Assembly: GCA_026983715.1 (NCBI GenBank)
Contig: JALSTM010000077.1
Span: forward strand, 304-64,303
Reading direction: 5' to 3'
DNA length: 64,000 nucleotides
Source: Desulfobacterales bacterium
GTDB taxonomy: Bacteria; Desulfobacterota; Syntrophobacteria; B119-G9
The translations under genes and the position numbers were made by a program. The notes beneath the pieces were generated by a model that did no database searches, was not told where the DNA came from, and saw nothing but the letters and a program-made list of their open reading frames with translations. This document shows positions 39,324-49,243 of the stretch, one piece after another (positions within the stretch are counted from its first letter, which is position 1; every line of letters starts with the position of its first letter).

Positions 39324-40514
39324 ATGAAAAAACACATACTTATACTTGGCGGTGATGGCTATCTCGGTTGGCCCACTGCCATGTATTTCTCTAACCGAGA
39401 TTATAAAGTAACAGTTGTAGATAACTATTTCCGGAGAAATGCTTGTACGGAACTTGACGTGGGCATGCTTTACCCGGTGCCGACTTTGATTCAGCGTGCC
39501 AAAATCTGGTATGATCTCACAGGAAAAGAGATAAAAGTGGTGATCGGTGACCTTACCGATCCTGAACTTATGCGGGCACTATTTGATGGTACCATAGTTT
39601 ACAATTGGGCTGTCAACCCCGAGTTTACCGGGGTGCCGGAGACTGTCATTCACTATGCCGAACAACCCTCTGCTCCCTATTCCCTTATTAATTACAAGTA
39701 TGCAAATATAACTATCAAAAATAATCTCTTGGTAACTAACAACCTTATGTTTGCTGTTCGCGATTATTCTTCTGATACTCATATCATAAAGCTAGGCACC
39801 ATGGGAGAGTACGGAACGCCAAACATTGACATAGAAGAAGGGTGGATTGAAATTGAGCACAAAGGTCGCAAGGATAGGTTCCTTTTTCCTCGCCAGGCCA
39901 GTTCGCTTTATCATACCACTAAAATAATGGATACAGATCTTCTTTGGTTTGGTGTAAGAATGTGGAATCTGCGTGTTACTGACCTTATGCAAGGTCCGGT
40001 TTACGGAATAGAGACGGAGGAATCAAAACTAGATCCGCGTTTACGCACCCTTTTCAACTATGATGAAATTTTCGGTACAATACTTAATCGTTTCATCGTG
40101 CAGGCTGTGGTGGATTATCCTTTAACTGTCTATGGAAAGGGAGGACAGACTCGTGGTTATCTGAACATCAATGATACGCTACAGTGTGTCCACATGTCAG
40201 AAATAACTCCGGCTCAACCTGGTGAACTTCGCATTTTTAACCAAATTATGGAAACTTTTTCAGTTAATGAATTGGCTGAAAAAGTTTGTAACGTGGGCAG
40301 ATCTCTTGGGTATAATGTCCGGGTCAACCATATCGATAACCCCCGTAAAGAAGCTGAAGATCATTACTATAATCCGACGTATCAAGGTTTAATAGAAATC
40401 GGAGTTAAGCCTCACTATCTCACCAAAAAAGTTTTACTAGAAATGTTCCAAATAGTTGAGCAGTACAAGGAGAACGTTAGAACTGACGTTATTTTTAGAG
40501 GGATTAAGTGGTAA
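39324..40514 (+). CDS. sqdB: UDP-sulfoquinovose synthase homolog (SQD1/SqdB/Agl3 family); start at the ATG with RBS (MKKHILILGGDGY)
   Basis: About 400-aa extended SDR; recalled SQD1 blocks 'GGDGYxGWxTA', 'KLGTMGEYGTPNIDIEEG', 'LTVYGKGGQTRGYL', 'FSVNELA', 'NPRxEAEEHYYN' all present. Confidence 0.75.
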   Translation: MKKHILILGGDGYLGWPTAMYFSNRDYKVTVVDNYFRRNACTELDVGMLYPVPTLIQRAKIWYDLTGKEIKVVIGDLTDPELMRALFDGTIVYNWAVNPEFTGVPETVIHYAEQPSAPYSLINYKYANITIKNNLLVTNNLMFAVRDYSSDTHIIKLGTMGEYGTPNIDIEEGWIEIEHKGRKDRFLFPRQASSLYHTTKIMDTDLLWFGVRMWNLRVTDLMQGPVYGIETEESKLDPRLRTLFNYDEIFGTILNRFIVQAVVDYPLTVYGKGGQTRGYLNINDTLQCVHMSEITPAQPGELRIFNQIMETFSVNELAEKVCNVGRSLGYNVRVNHIDNPRKEAEDHYYNPTYQGLIEIGVKPHYLTKKVLLEMFQIVEQYKENVRTDVIFRGIKW

Positions 40515-40648
40515 TTTTAGCAATTGATAAATGGTTATACTCTGATGAAGGTAGTCCCCGGTACGGGTAAGCAATTTGTAAATCTTGTCATGCCATACTA
40601 ATGAATGGTCTCTTTTGATTGATAGTGATCAACCGGATAGTTGGTTAA

Positions 40649-41950
40649 GTGGACTTTGCGCGTAAAGTTGTTAATACGGCGGGTGCAACATTCATTGTTC
40701 GCATATTGGGTTTGGCTGGATCTGTTGTGCTCGGCCGATTACTTGGACCTGAAGGACTGGGAGTATACAGTATACTCCGGGCTATTCCATCTTTCCTTGT
40801 GGCTTTAACATGTGTGGGACTACCAACTGCCGCAGTCTACTACGTTTCTCGCGAACCACAAAATCGACCTCAGATAACTGCGACACTATTCTTTTATGCT
40901 ATAGTATGTGGAAGTATTATCGCCATAGGGCTCTGGATTTCGAGTCCCCTTTTAAATAAGCTCTATTTCAAAGGAGTCTTGAAAGGCTCTTATTTTGTGC
41001 TTCTTAGTTTCCTTGTGCCTTTTATGCTGTTTGTGAGGCTCGGAAGTGCAATACTGCAGGGACTGTATCGGATTACGGAACGAAATGGTGTGGAGATCCT
41101 CCTCCGTACCGTTCTAATACTAGGTTATTTGGCGCTAGTATGGCTGGTAAAGTGGCACATTTTTGGTGCGTTAACAAGCTTAGTTATAGCTCATTGTTTA
41201 ACTGCATTTTACGTTCTATTTTTTGTTAGGCGTGATATAAAATTTACTGTTAGCCGAAATTTCGCAATAATACGTCGTATGTTCGGATATGCCCTGTCGG
41301 CCTTCCTTGGACAGTTTCTCGAACAGATGGAGGGAAATATCATCTTCTTAATACTCGGAATGTTTATCGAATCGGCAAGTCTTGGCTTATTTGCCGTAGC
41401 AATAGCGCTTGGTGGCTTTGTATTATTTCCAAGTACCGCTATAGCGAGACCAATGCTTCCGAGACTAGCGCGAATGGATGAGAAAGAAGCTGGTCGCGCA
41501 TTTATTCAAGTGATACAGGTCGGTCTGATTCTATCCACCCTCACAGCAGTTGCTGTTGTTGTAATTGCACCATATGCGGTTCCTTTGTTGTATGGTTCAA
41601 AATTCAATGGCGTCACAAGAATATTGATCGTCTTGCTTCCGGGGTTTATAGCAGGGGCAATGTTGAGCTTTGTTAGGGTGTATTTTTTGAGTACCGGGAA
41701 ACCCCTCTGGAGAATGTACATGAGCATGTTTAGAGCTGTGTTACTGTTGGTCTCAATCGTAGTGGGAGGAATCAGTGGGGGAATACTCGGGGCGGCAATT
41801 GGTATGACGGTGGGGTTGATTATCACCTTGTTCGGAGCCTTGTGTTTTATTTTTTGGTATAATCCGATTATTGAGTTTCGAGATATGATAGTTGCCTGGA
41901 CAGCAACTGTAACCTATGTCAAGGCATTTATCGGCAGTAGAAAAAGATGA
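40649..41950 (+). CDS. Polysaccharide biosynthesis flippase (MOP/Wzx family)
   Basis: 433 aa, about 12 TM; N-terminal 'VVNTAGATFIVRILGLAGSVVLGRLLGPEGLGVY' typical of PF01943/Wzx proteins. Confidence 0.7.
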   Translation: MDFARKVVNTAGATFIVRILGLAGSVVLGRLLGPEGLGVYSILRAIPSFLVALTCVGLPTAAVYYVSREPQNRPQITATLFFYAIVCGSIIAIGLWISSPLLNKLYFKGVLKGSYFVLLSFLVPFMLFVRLGSAILQGLYRITERNGVEILLRTVLILGYLALVWLVKWHIFGALTSLVIAHCLTAFYVLFFVRRDIKFTVSRNFAIIRRMFGYALSAFLGQFLEQMEGNIIFLILGMFIESASLGLFAVAIALGGFVLFPSTAIARPMLPRLARMDEKEAGRAFIQVIQVGLILSTLTAVAVVVIAPYAVPLLYGSKFNGVTRILIVLLPGFIAGAMLSFVRVYFLSTGKPLWRMYMSMFRAVLLLVSIVVGGISGGILGAAIGMTVGLIITLFGALCFIFWYNPIIEFRDMIVAWTATVTYVKAFIGSRKR

Positions 41951-42054
41951 CTGAAGCCATACGTAACTAAAATGGCAACTTCTGAAAAAAGACTGAAGCT
42001 TCGGACTGACGGTTTTTTGTTGAGAACTTCACAGGAAAGAAATGTGTTAAGTGT

Positions 42055-43113
42055 ATGGAAACGGTGGGAATAGATCCAAGAAGCTACAAACACATCTATG
42101 TTTATGGTACTCCTAGAGGTGCAACTAACCTTTTTTGCGCATTACTTCATAATCATACAAATATAGTTGCTATTAATCATAGATCGACGAGAAAGTATCT
42201 CAATCATTTAATAGAAACGAAACGATCGGCTGAAAGATCTCACTGGTTATTCAATATAAAGGACCTAATTTATGAAAAAGGTGGCCCAGCAAAAGATTTT
42301 ACGTGCATTTCTTATATCCTGTTTGACAAGGTTCACTGGGCATCTGATCGTGCCTTTCAACATGTTGAACTCACCCTGTCACGAGTTCGGTCTGGTCTTG
42401 CTGATGGTATCGTCCTAATCCGCCATCCGCTTCAGGTCCTAAAATCAATGGACAATTTCCACCGACGTTACGGACGTCCCAGATGGGCTCTTACACGCTT
42501 CAATGTACTTCGTTACTTGGTGCAGTATTTTTTACCCCAACTGTGGCTTCTAAAAATTAAGGGAATATATGGAATTGTAGTAGAAGCTTTCGTTAAGAAT
42601 TTGCCTTATAGTTATCGGGATCTATGTGAAAAACTCGGGATACCGTTTGAACTTAGATTTGCTGATTTTCGCTTGACTTTTGAGGATGCGCTAACATGGA
42701 CAGGTGGTAAGTTTGTAATACGGAAATCTGAAGTTGTGGGGGGAGGTTCGTTCTTGACCTCCAAAAGTATAAAAGCACCTGCTCAAGATGTTTATTTTGA
42801 CCCGATAAGCGGTGAGCCCACGTGGGGTTATGGCCAGTTTAATCCTGCGTTACCATTAAATCCTGAAAGACTAATGAGAAGTAATGAGAATTTTGATTTA
42901 CCTACTAGCAGCCTCATTAGGGAAGTATTCTGTAAAGGAATTTCAAAAAAAGATGTGGATTACCTTTTTGAAACAAGATTGTTGGACGTCGAAAGGCTTC
43001 GGGAGTTTGACATGAAGGGAATCGGAAACATTATGTTTCATCTGTTGAATCGATTTCCGCCACCGAAGTGGTTGCAATGGTCCTGGAAATATTTGCGTTC
43101 AAGACCTTATTGA
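42055..43113 (+). CDS. Putative sulfotransferase-fold protein
   Basis: Possible 5'-PSB P-loop 'YGTPRGATNLF' and 3'-PB-like 'LIRHPLQVLKS'; no TM; sits between the flippase and the NeuB-like gene. Confidence 0.4.
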   Translation: METVGIDPRSYKHIYVYGTPRGATNLFCALLHNHTNIVAINHRSTRKYLNHLIETKRSAERSHWLFNIKDLIYEKGGPAKDFTCISYILFDKVHWASDRAFQHVELTLSRVRSGLADGIVLIRHPLQVLKSMDNFHRRYGRPRWALTRFNVLRYLVQYFLPQLWLLKIKGIYGIVVEAFVKNLPYSYRDLCEKLGIPFELRFADFRLTFEDALTWTGGKFVIRKSEVVGGGSFLTSKSIKAPAQDVYFDPISGEPTWGYGQFNPALPLNPERLMRSNENFDLPTSSLIREVFCKGISKKDVDYLFETRLLDVERLREFDMKGIGNIMFHLLNRFPPPKWLQWSWKYLRSRPY

Positions 43114-43190
43114 AAGTTCTTGCATATAGGTGGTAGGTTCACATTTTTAAGTACTATCTCGGAAAGCGTGTATACAAAGGAGGAGAAAGG

Positions 43191-43997
43191 ATGGAGCTTA
43201 TAGCGGAAATAGGTTGGAATCATATGGGGGATTTCCAACTGTTAAAGAAGATGGTAAGAGCAGCGGCTGAAGCGGGTGCTACATATGCTAAGTTTCAAAC
43301 ATGGAGAGTAAAAAATCTCAAGCCTGGTCCATGGGACGAGGATGGACGTAGAGATATTTATAAAGCCGCTGAGCTAACGACGAGTGATTTTTTTAAAGTT
43401 AAGAGAACTTGTGAAGAACATGGTGTTAATTTTCTGACCAGTGTTTTTAATCCGGAAGATTTAGAAGATATGGCCCGTGTATCAGACGAAGCCATAAAGA
43501 TTCCCTCTCCAGAGGTCGCAAATATTCCTCTTTTGGAAGGAGCCGGGAAATTGTTCAAAAAGGTTTACCTTTCAACCGGTGCTAGTACTGAAGAAGAATT
43601 AGACCAAGCGATTGATATACTTAGATCTTTAGACTGCGAGTTAACGTTACTTCATTGTGTTTCTATCTACCCGTGCCCTGATGATAAAGTTAATCTCCCG
43701 AGGATCAAAAGACTAAAAGAGAAACATTCTCGGGTGGGTTTTTCCGATCATACTCCCGATAATTTGAGTGCTCTGTTCGCTATTGCACTGGGAGTTGACT
43801 GCATCGAGAAACACTTCACCATTGATAAAAACCTCCCGGGCAGGGATAATCGTTTCGCCCTGTTGCCTGATGAGTTTAAAGCTATTGCAGATGCTGCAGC
43901 TCGTTATGAGCTCATGTCACATGACTTAGGTCTCGAATTTCAACCTGAAGAAAAAGAACAGCGTGAAATCTATCGGGGTAGATGGAGTGGGAGGTAG
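43191..43997 (+). CDS. NeuB/PseI-family sugar-phosphate (PEP) condensing synthase, TIM-barrel only, lacking the C-terminal SAF domain
   Basis: 'IAEIGWNHMGDFQLLKKMVRAAAEAGATYAKFQTW' N-terminal signature of the N-acetylneuraminate synthase family; 268 aa versus about 340 aa for canonical NeuB. Confidence 0.7.
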   Translation: MELIAEIGWNHMGDFQLLKKMVRAAAEAGATYAKFQTWRVKNLKPGPWDEDGRRDIYKAAELTTSDFFKVKRTCEEHGVNFLTSVFNPEDLEDMARVSDEAIKIPSPEVANIPLLEGAGKLFKKVYLSTGASTEEELDQAIDILRSLDCELTLLHCVSIYPCPDDKVNLPRIKRLKEKHSRVGFSDHTPDNLSALFAIALGVDCIEKHFTIDKNLPGRDNRFALLPDEFKAIADAAARYELMSHDLGLEFQPEEKEQREIYRGRWSGR

Positions 43998-44003
43998 AAC
44001 CAC

Positions 44004-45275
44004 ATGTCGAGAAGAAACCCCAAGGTTACTATAGTTGTGCGCGCCAAAAATGAAGAGTTCTGGATAGGGAAGACGCTTGAACAGATAAACCGCCAGACGT
44101 TCCAGGATTTAGAGGTTGTCCTCGTAGACAGTGGGAGTACGGATAGCACCGTTTCAATCTTTCGCAATTATCGACCAAAAGATTCAGTAGTTGATTTGAA
44201 GGACTTTAAGCCGGGGAAAGCCATCAATGTTGGTATTGAGGCCGGTAGAGGTGAACTGATAGTTGTGCTTTCAGCTCACTGTGTACCGGTGGATGAGAAT
44301 TGGCTTGCTAGCTTCATAAAAGTTATGAAAAACGAAAAAGTGGCAGCTGCATATGGCAGACAACTTCCGTTGCCCTCTTCACACCCGCTGGATAAGCGAG
44401 ATTTACTGAACATTTTTGGTATTGAGGCAAAAATCCAGAAAAAAGACACGTTTTTTCATAACGCAAATAGTATAATTCGCCGTGAGATTTGGGAGCAGGT
44501 ACCCTTTGATCCAGATGTTTCTCACATAGAAGATCGTTTGTGGGCTCAAAAAATTATTTCTATGGGCAAGTACATCGCTTATGAACCAGATGCGGCTGTT
44601 TATCATCACCATGGTATTAATCATTACTCTGACCTCAAGAGAGCAGAAGTCATTTCTGATTTGCTTGTCCGCAGTACCATGATCAATGGCAATGAATATC
44701 CTGAATATTTGAAGCCCGAAAATGAACCAATCCTCTTCTGCTTGTTAGGGCATAACCGAGATGTTCACGATCGGTATGTTCCTATTATTCAACAGGTTTC
44801 AAAGAAATTTCAGAAATCAAAAGTCCTAGTTAATACCCGTGTTCCAGAAATGCTATCGGATTATGATGTTATAGCAGTACCTAGACTAGATAGTGAAGAT
44901 CATCTGACTTTTGTGGACATATTGGCAAAAATGATGAATTGTGCGCATTTAGATGGTTTCTTCCCAAATTGCATCGTGTATCTTAACCCAAAGCTTGAGG
45001 GTTTGAATGTAGATATGGTCCATGATTTGGTAGTTCAGTATTATAGAGGGATGTATGATTCCGTCTTTTTTGCCAGGGAAGAGTATAATAATTTATGGGT
45101 AAAAAAGGGAGATACTTACAAGCAACTTATGGCGGATTACGCTCCTAGAGCAGAAAAAACGCCTATACTTGTGGCTCAATATGGATACGGAACAGCTACG
45201 AAGCCACAGTTTATCAGATCACGTGATTTTGTTGGTCCCAAGGTTGGGATTATCCGTATCAAGGAGGCAAGATGA
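44004..45275 (+). CDS. Family-2 glycosyltransferase with about 200-aa uncharacterised C-terminal extension
   Basis: GT2 N-terminus 'VTIVVRAKNEEFWIGKTLEQINRQTFQDLEVVLVDSGSTDST', DxD-like 'EDR'; C-terminal half has no recognisable motif. Confidence 0.7.
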   Translation: MSRRNPKVTIVVRAKNEEFWIGKTLEQINRQTFQDLEVVLVDSGSTDSTVSIFRNYRPKDSVVDLKDFKPGKAINVGIEAGRGELIVVLSAHCVPVDENWLASFIKVMKNEKVAAAYGRQLPLPSSHPLDKRDLLNIFGIEAKIQKKDTFFHNANSIIRREIWEQVPFDPDVSHIEDRLWAQKIISMGKYIAYEPDAAVYHHHGINHYSDLKRAEVISDLLVRSTMINGNEYPEYLKPENEPILFCLLGHNRDVHDRYVPIIQQVSKKFQKSKVLVNTRVPEMLSDYDVIAVPRLDSEDHLTFVDILAKMMNCAHLDGFFPNCIVYLNPKLEGLNVDMVHDLVVQYYRGMYDSVFFAREEYNNLWVKKGDTYKQLMADYAPRAEKTPILVAQYGYGTATKPQFIRSRDFVGPKVGIIRIKEAR

Positions 45276-46000
45276 TAAACGGAAAAAAAGTTTTGGGTAT
45301 AACATTGGCGCGGGGTGGCTCAAAATCTGTTCCAAAAAAGAACATACGTCCCCTTGCGGGTAAACCGCTCATCGCTTACACTATTGAGGCTGCCTTATCC
45401 TCTTCCTACCTTGACGACTACATCGTGTCCACGGAAGATCAGGAAATTGCAGATATTTGCTCAGATCTTGGAGCACGAGTACCATTCCTGAGACCAGTAG
45501 AACTTGCCTCAGATACAGCTTCCTCGGCGGATGCCCTTTGCCATGCTGTTGATTTCGTTGAGCATGAACGTGGTGAAAAATTTGATTATGTAATTGAACT
45601 TATGGCTACAAACCCTTTCAAAACGTCATTGCAGATTGACAAGGCATTGGAAAAGTTGGATGAGACGGGAGCTGATTCAGTTATAGCGGTGACCCGCGTT
45701 TGGGATTATCATCCGGCGAGAATTAAAAAACTGGATGATAAAGGCCGTTTGGTAAATTTTTGCGTACCAGAACCTTTGGAGGCCCGCAGACAGGATCTAA
45801 CACCGCCAGCATATATCAGATGCGGATCTATTTACGCGTTGCGACGTGATTATTTAATGACTACTAAAACGCGCTACGGGTCAAAAGAATCGTACGCACT
45901 AGTAGTTCCCGAAGAAGAATCAATCAATATTGATAACGAATTTGACTTTGCTCTTGCTGAGATCATTATTGAAAAGAGAAAGAAAATTGCAGGTGGATAA
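45272..46000 (+). CDS. CMP-nonulosonate (acylneuraminate) cytidylyltransferase family protein (NeuA/PseF/LegF-like)
   Basis: 'LGITLARGGSKSVPKKNIRPLAGKPLIAYTI' CTP_transf_3 signature; 4-nt overlap with the upstream GT2. Confidence 0.8.
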   Translation: MINGKKVLGITLARGGSKSVPKKNIRPLAGKPLIAYTIEAALSSSYLDDYIVSTEDQEIADICSDLGARVPFLRPVELASDTASSADALCHAVDFVEHERGEKFDYVIELMATNPFKTSLQIDKALEKLDETGADSVIAVTRVWDYHPARIKKLDDKGRLVNFCVPEPLEARRQDLTPPAYIRCGSIYALRRDYLMTTKTRYGSKESYALVVPEEESINIDNEFDFALAEIIIEKRKKIAGG

Positions 46001-46007
46001 TTGAAAA

Positions 46008-47030
46008 ATGGATATTCAATACAAACGCTGGAAAGCATTTGCGAGTTTCGTATCCCAATACCGTGAAGATGGTCATTATTCTTCTCTTTGGTCGGAGTTT
46101 ATCCGTGACTTCACCATAGAGCCTGGTGAATTCAAGGAGGTAAATAAGTTCATTCAAAAAAATTGCCGGGGCTATAGTTTCCTTGATAGCCCATCAGTTT
46201 TCCCTAAGTTTAGAGATGCCACTGAGCTCACATTCGGGCTTGCCGTCCACATAATTGACTCTATTTGGCGCCGGCTTCTGAGCGCAGCCAGGAGTAATAG
46301 GTTGGGGAGGCAATTAGATTGGCGTACATATAAAGTGTATGCTTTTTTGCGAAAAAACGGCATCAAAATTGATGATTACCTGGGGCCGGTTTCAAGAGTT
46401 CACCCAGTACGTATAAGCTATAATTCTTTAAAAACAGTTTATTTTGCTCATAAAGTATTTTCCAACTGCGCCTTCGATAATGATCGAAGAAATTTCTTTC
46501 TGGAAGTAGGTGCAGGAGCAGCTAACTTTCTTATCATTACAGCTTTCCGCTTTTCAAAACTCAGTTACTACGTTGTAGATCTTCCTGAAATGCTCTTAGT
46601 ATCATCGTTTGAAACATTAAAGCACGTTCCGGGTGCGCACATTTATATGCCAAATGATGTGGAAAACGGTGTCTTAGAACAACCACTTCGTGGAGACAAG
46701 AATTTTATTTTTTTGACCCCGTCGCAAATAGGAAGAATTCCTAACAACAGTATCGACTTAGCTCTGAACATAGAATCTTTCGCAGAAATGCCACAGAATG
46801 TAGCTGAAAGTTACATTGACTTTTTCTATCGCATACTTAAGCCTGGTGCTTATATGTTCACAGCCAATCGCGAATCAAGGATCATTTCTGAAAATGGTAG
46901 TTTCACATGTTACTGGAAGTTACCGTATTCTGACAAAGATAAAATAATTTTATGGGAATACTGCCCCATGCGGCAGTTTATGATGAACGGGATGTCCCCG
47001 AATATTAACAGGCTCGCTCGCGTGCCATAG
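46008..47030 (+). CDS. Putative SAM-dependent (sugar O-)methyltransferase
   Basis: Class I MTase motif I 'FLEVGAGAANF', acidic motif II 'YVVDLPE', downstream 'NIESFAEMP'. Confidence 0.45.
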   Translation: MDIQYKRWKAFASFVSQYREDGHYSSLWSEFIRDFTIEPGEFKEVNKFIQKNCRGYSFLDSPSVFPKFRDATELTFGLAVHIIDSIWRRLLSAARSNRLGRQLDWRTYKVYAFLRKNGIKIDDYLGPVSRVHPVRISYNSLKTVYFAHKVFSNCAFDNDRRNFFLEVGAGAANFLIITAFRFSKLSYYVVDLPEMLLVSSFETLKHVPGAHIYMPNDVENGVLEQPLRGDKNFIFLTPSQIGRIPNNSIDLALNIESFAEMPQNVAESYIDFFYRILKPGAYMFTANRESRIISENGSFTCYWKLPYSDKDKIILWEYCPMRQFMMNGMSPNINRLARVP

Positions 47031-47068
47031 TGAGATAGTTGTCCGTGTATTGACTGTTAGGAGATTCG

Positions 47069-48025
47069 ATGAGTAAAATGTATAAGCTTCTTGTCATCAC
47101 ACCTATAGCCCACATAAAGGGACTTAGGCATAAGTTAGCCTCTTGTTTTGATTTAATTGAGTACCCCGATCCTGTTTTTGACGATATTAGAGAAACCTTG
47201 CCTGCTATTGACTCCGTTTTCACAAATCCTAACAAATCAAAGGTACCGATTGATAGGCACTTTATGAGTTTGGCCAAGAACCTTAAAACCATTGCTACAG
47301 CCTCCACCGGGCTCATACATATTGACATGGAGGAGGCTCGGCGACGAGGTGTCAAAGTCATTTCTCTTACCAGAGAAATCGAAACAATTGAAAAAATTAG
47401 CTCTACGGCAGAACATGCTCTGGCATTAACATTGTCCGCGTTGCGTCGGATACCTTGGGCTTTTGAGGATGTTCTAAATGGAAACTGGGACTATGAAAAG
47501 TTCATAGGCCGACAGTTTGACTATTTAACTGTAGGAGTAATCGGCTGGGGACGTCTGGGGAAAATGTATGCTCGCTATGTCCAGGCACTCGGTGCGAAAG
47601 TGTTGGTCTGTGATCCAGCTTACACAGAGAAACAATGCCCGTATGCTTTGGTGGATCTGCAAGATCTGGTGCGACGCTCTGACATCATCTCCATACACAT
47701 CCATGCAACCCCTGAGAACATCGGCTTATTCGGGAAACAGTTGCTGTATTTAGCCAAGCCAGATGTGCTTATAGTCAACACCTCCCGCGGTGAGATTATC
47801 GACGAGCCGGCCATGGTCGAGTTTCTGGAAACCAATCCAAAAGCTATGTTGGCCACTGATGTGCTTGCCGATGAACTCAAGCATAAGTGGGGAAGTCCGA
47901 TATTCGATCTGGCCAAACGCGGTGGTAACGTCCTCATCACTCCACACATCGGCGGCATGACGCGGGAAGCGCAGGAGATTGCTTACCATCGTGTAGCAGA
48001 TATGCTTATCGAGTTCTTCGAATGA
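47069..48025 (+). CDS. D-isomer-specific 2-hydroxyacid dehydrogenase (NAD-binding)
   Basis: 'VGVIGWGRLGKMYARYVQALGAKVLVCD' Rossmann; catalytic R/E/H pattern ('TSRGEIIDE', 'ITPHIGG'). Confidence 0.8.
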   Translation: MSKMYKLLVITPIAHIKGLRHKLASCFDLIEYPDPVFDDIRETLPAIDSVFTNPNKSKVPIDRHFMSLAKNLKTIATASTGLIHIDMEEARRRGVKVISLTREIETIEKISSTAEHALALTLSALRRIPWAFEDVLNGNWDYEKFIGRQFDYLTVGVIGWGRLGKMYARYVQALGAKVLVCDPAYTEKQCPYALVDLQDLVRRSDIISIHIHATPENIGLFGKQLLYLAKPDVLIVNTSRGEIIDEPAMVEFLETNPKAMLATDVLADELKHKWGSPIFDLAKRGGNVLITPHIGGMTREAQEIAYHRVADMLIEFFE

Positions 48026-49089
48026 ACACAAATACCAACGCTGAAACAATAAACATAAAGCCTAGCCGGATCGCTCAGATTGATATTATCAAAGGTATTG
48101 CCATCATAGGGGTGATTATACTGCATAGCATTCCTGCTAAGATCAAAATGTCGACACATGCTGCATTGCACATCCAGCAGGCGGTGCCTGTTTTTATCGT
48201 GGTCTTCGGTTTCAATAGCAGATTACTTTTAATGCGGTACTCAAGTAAATACACAAGGGATTTTGATTGGCGGAGGTATCTCAGTAATAGATTTAGTAGA
48301 ATAGTGCTACCACTATCGTTAATTTGGGTGCTTTCTTTAGTCATCGGCATTGGGATGAAGAGTTTTTTAAAAGATGATGTGATGTATTTTGGCCCAATGT
48401 TGCTTTTTGGAAGACTCCCGTACAGAGGTCCAGGTAATTACTACATATCCGTAATTATTCAATTAGTCATTATTGCACCAATACTTTTATCGCTTTATGA
48501 AAAAAACAAGAAACTGGCACTGATTGGAATTTTTTTAGTCGACTTGGCCTTTCAATTGGGCTTTGGAAGCCTTTCTATAGTAGATGAAGCAACATACGAA
48601 TACATATGTACCCGCTTTTTATTTATGATGGTACTCGGTTTCTGGTTGCATGATCATATGGATCTTTTTTCAAAAAATAATATATGGCTACTTTTGTTAT
48701 CTACCTTCAGTATTGTTTATCTTGTAAGTTTTGGGAATACTGAATTTTCTTATTTTAGAGGTGGTATGAACAATTATGAAAATCTTTTAGCTTCTTTTTA
48801 TACAGCCGCCCTCGTGTTGACCCTATTAAATATTTTGCCAAAAGAAGAAAAAAACATCACGAGCAGATTTGTAGCTAAATGTGGGCGACTTTCCTGGCAA
48901 ATTTTTCTAGTTCAGATAGTCTACTTTCCAATCATACGGTACGTAGTAGATTACCCTAATGTATTTAAAGGGCATGATGTGTCTATTCAGATGGCGCTCT
49001 TAATTGTATATTTGAGCTTGAATATCTCGTTTTGCTATCTATTAGGCTATGCTCTTCAACGCTTTGAGAATAAATACCTGCGCTTATGA
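48022..49089 (+). CDS. Membrane acyltransferase family 3 (sugar O-acyltransferase)
   Basis: 10 TM; N-terminal 'RIAQIDIIKGIAIIGVIILHS' typical of Acyltransf_3. Confidence 0.7.
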   Translation: MNTNTNAETINIKPSRIAQIDIIKGIAIIGVIILHSIPAKIKMSTHAALHIQQAVPVFIVVFGFNSRLLLMRYSSKYTRDFDWRRYLSNRFSRIVLPLSLIWVLSLVIGIGMKSFLKDDVMYFGPMLLFGRLPYRGPGNYYISVIIQLVIIAPILLSLYEKNKKLALIGIFLVDLAFQLGFGSLSIVDEATYEYICTRFLFMMVLGFWLHDHMDLFSKNNIWLLLLSTFSIVYLVSFGNTEFSYFRGGMNNYENLLASFYTAALVLTLLNILPKEEKNITSRFVAKCGRLSWQIFLVQIVYFPIIRYVVDYPNVFKGHDVSIQMALLIVYLSLNISFCYLLGYALQRFENKYLRL

Positions 49090-49243
49090 TAAAAAATTTT
49101 CGAAGGTAAGGAAATCATTGTATTAATAATGAAATGGTTTCATGTGTAGAATTCTGGGAAACGTTACTTCGATTTTTATCAGATATAAGCAGATGAGCAA
49201 AAGAATATTAAACAGAAGAGGCAGATAGGTATACGGAGAAGAA

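Noticed and set aside
42055-43113. Alternative reading of the sulfotransferase-like protein as a generic P-loop NTPase
   Set aside because: Not fully rejected: the P-loop is non-canonical (GTPRGATN). The presence of a 3'-PB-like RxPxxVxxS segment favours a sulfotransferase fold, so it is kept at low confidence.
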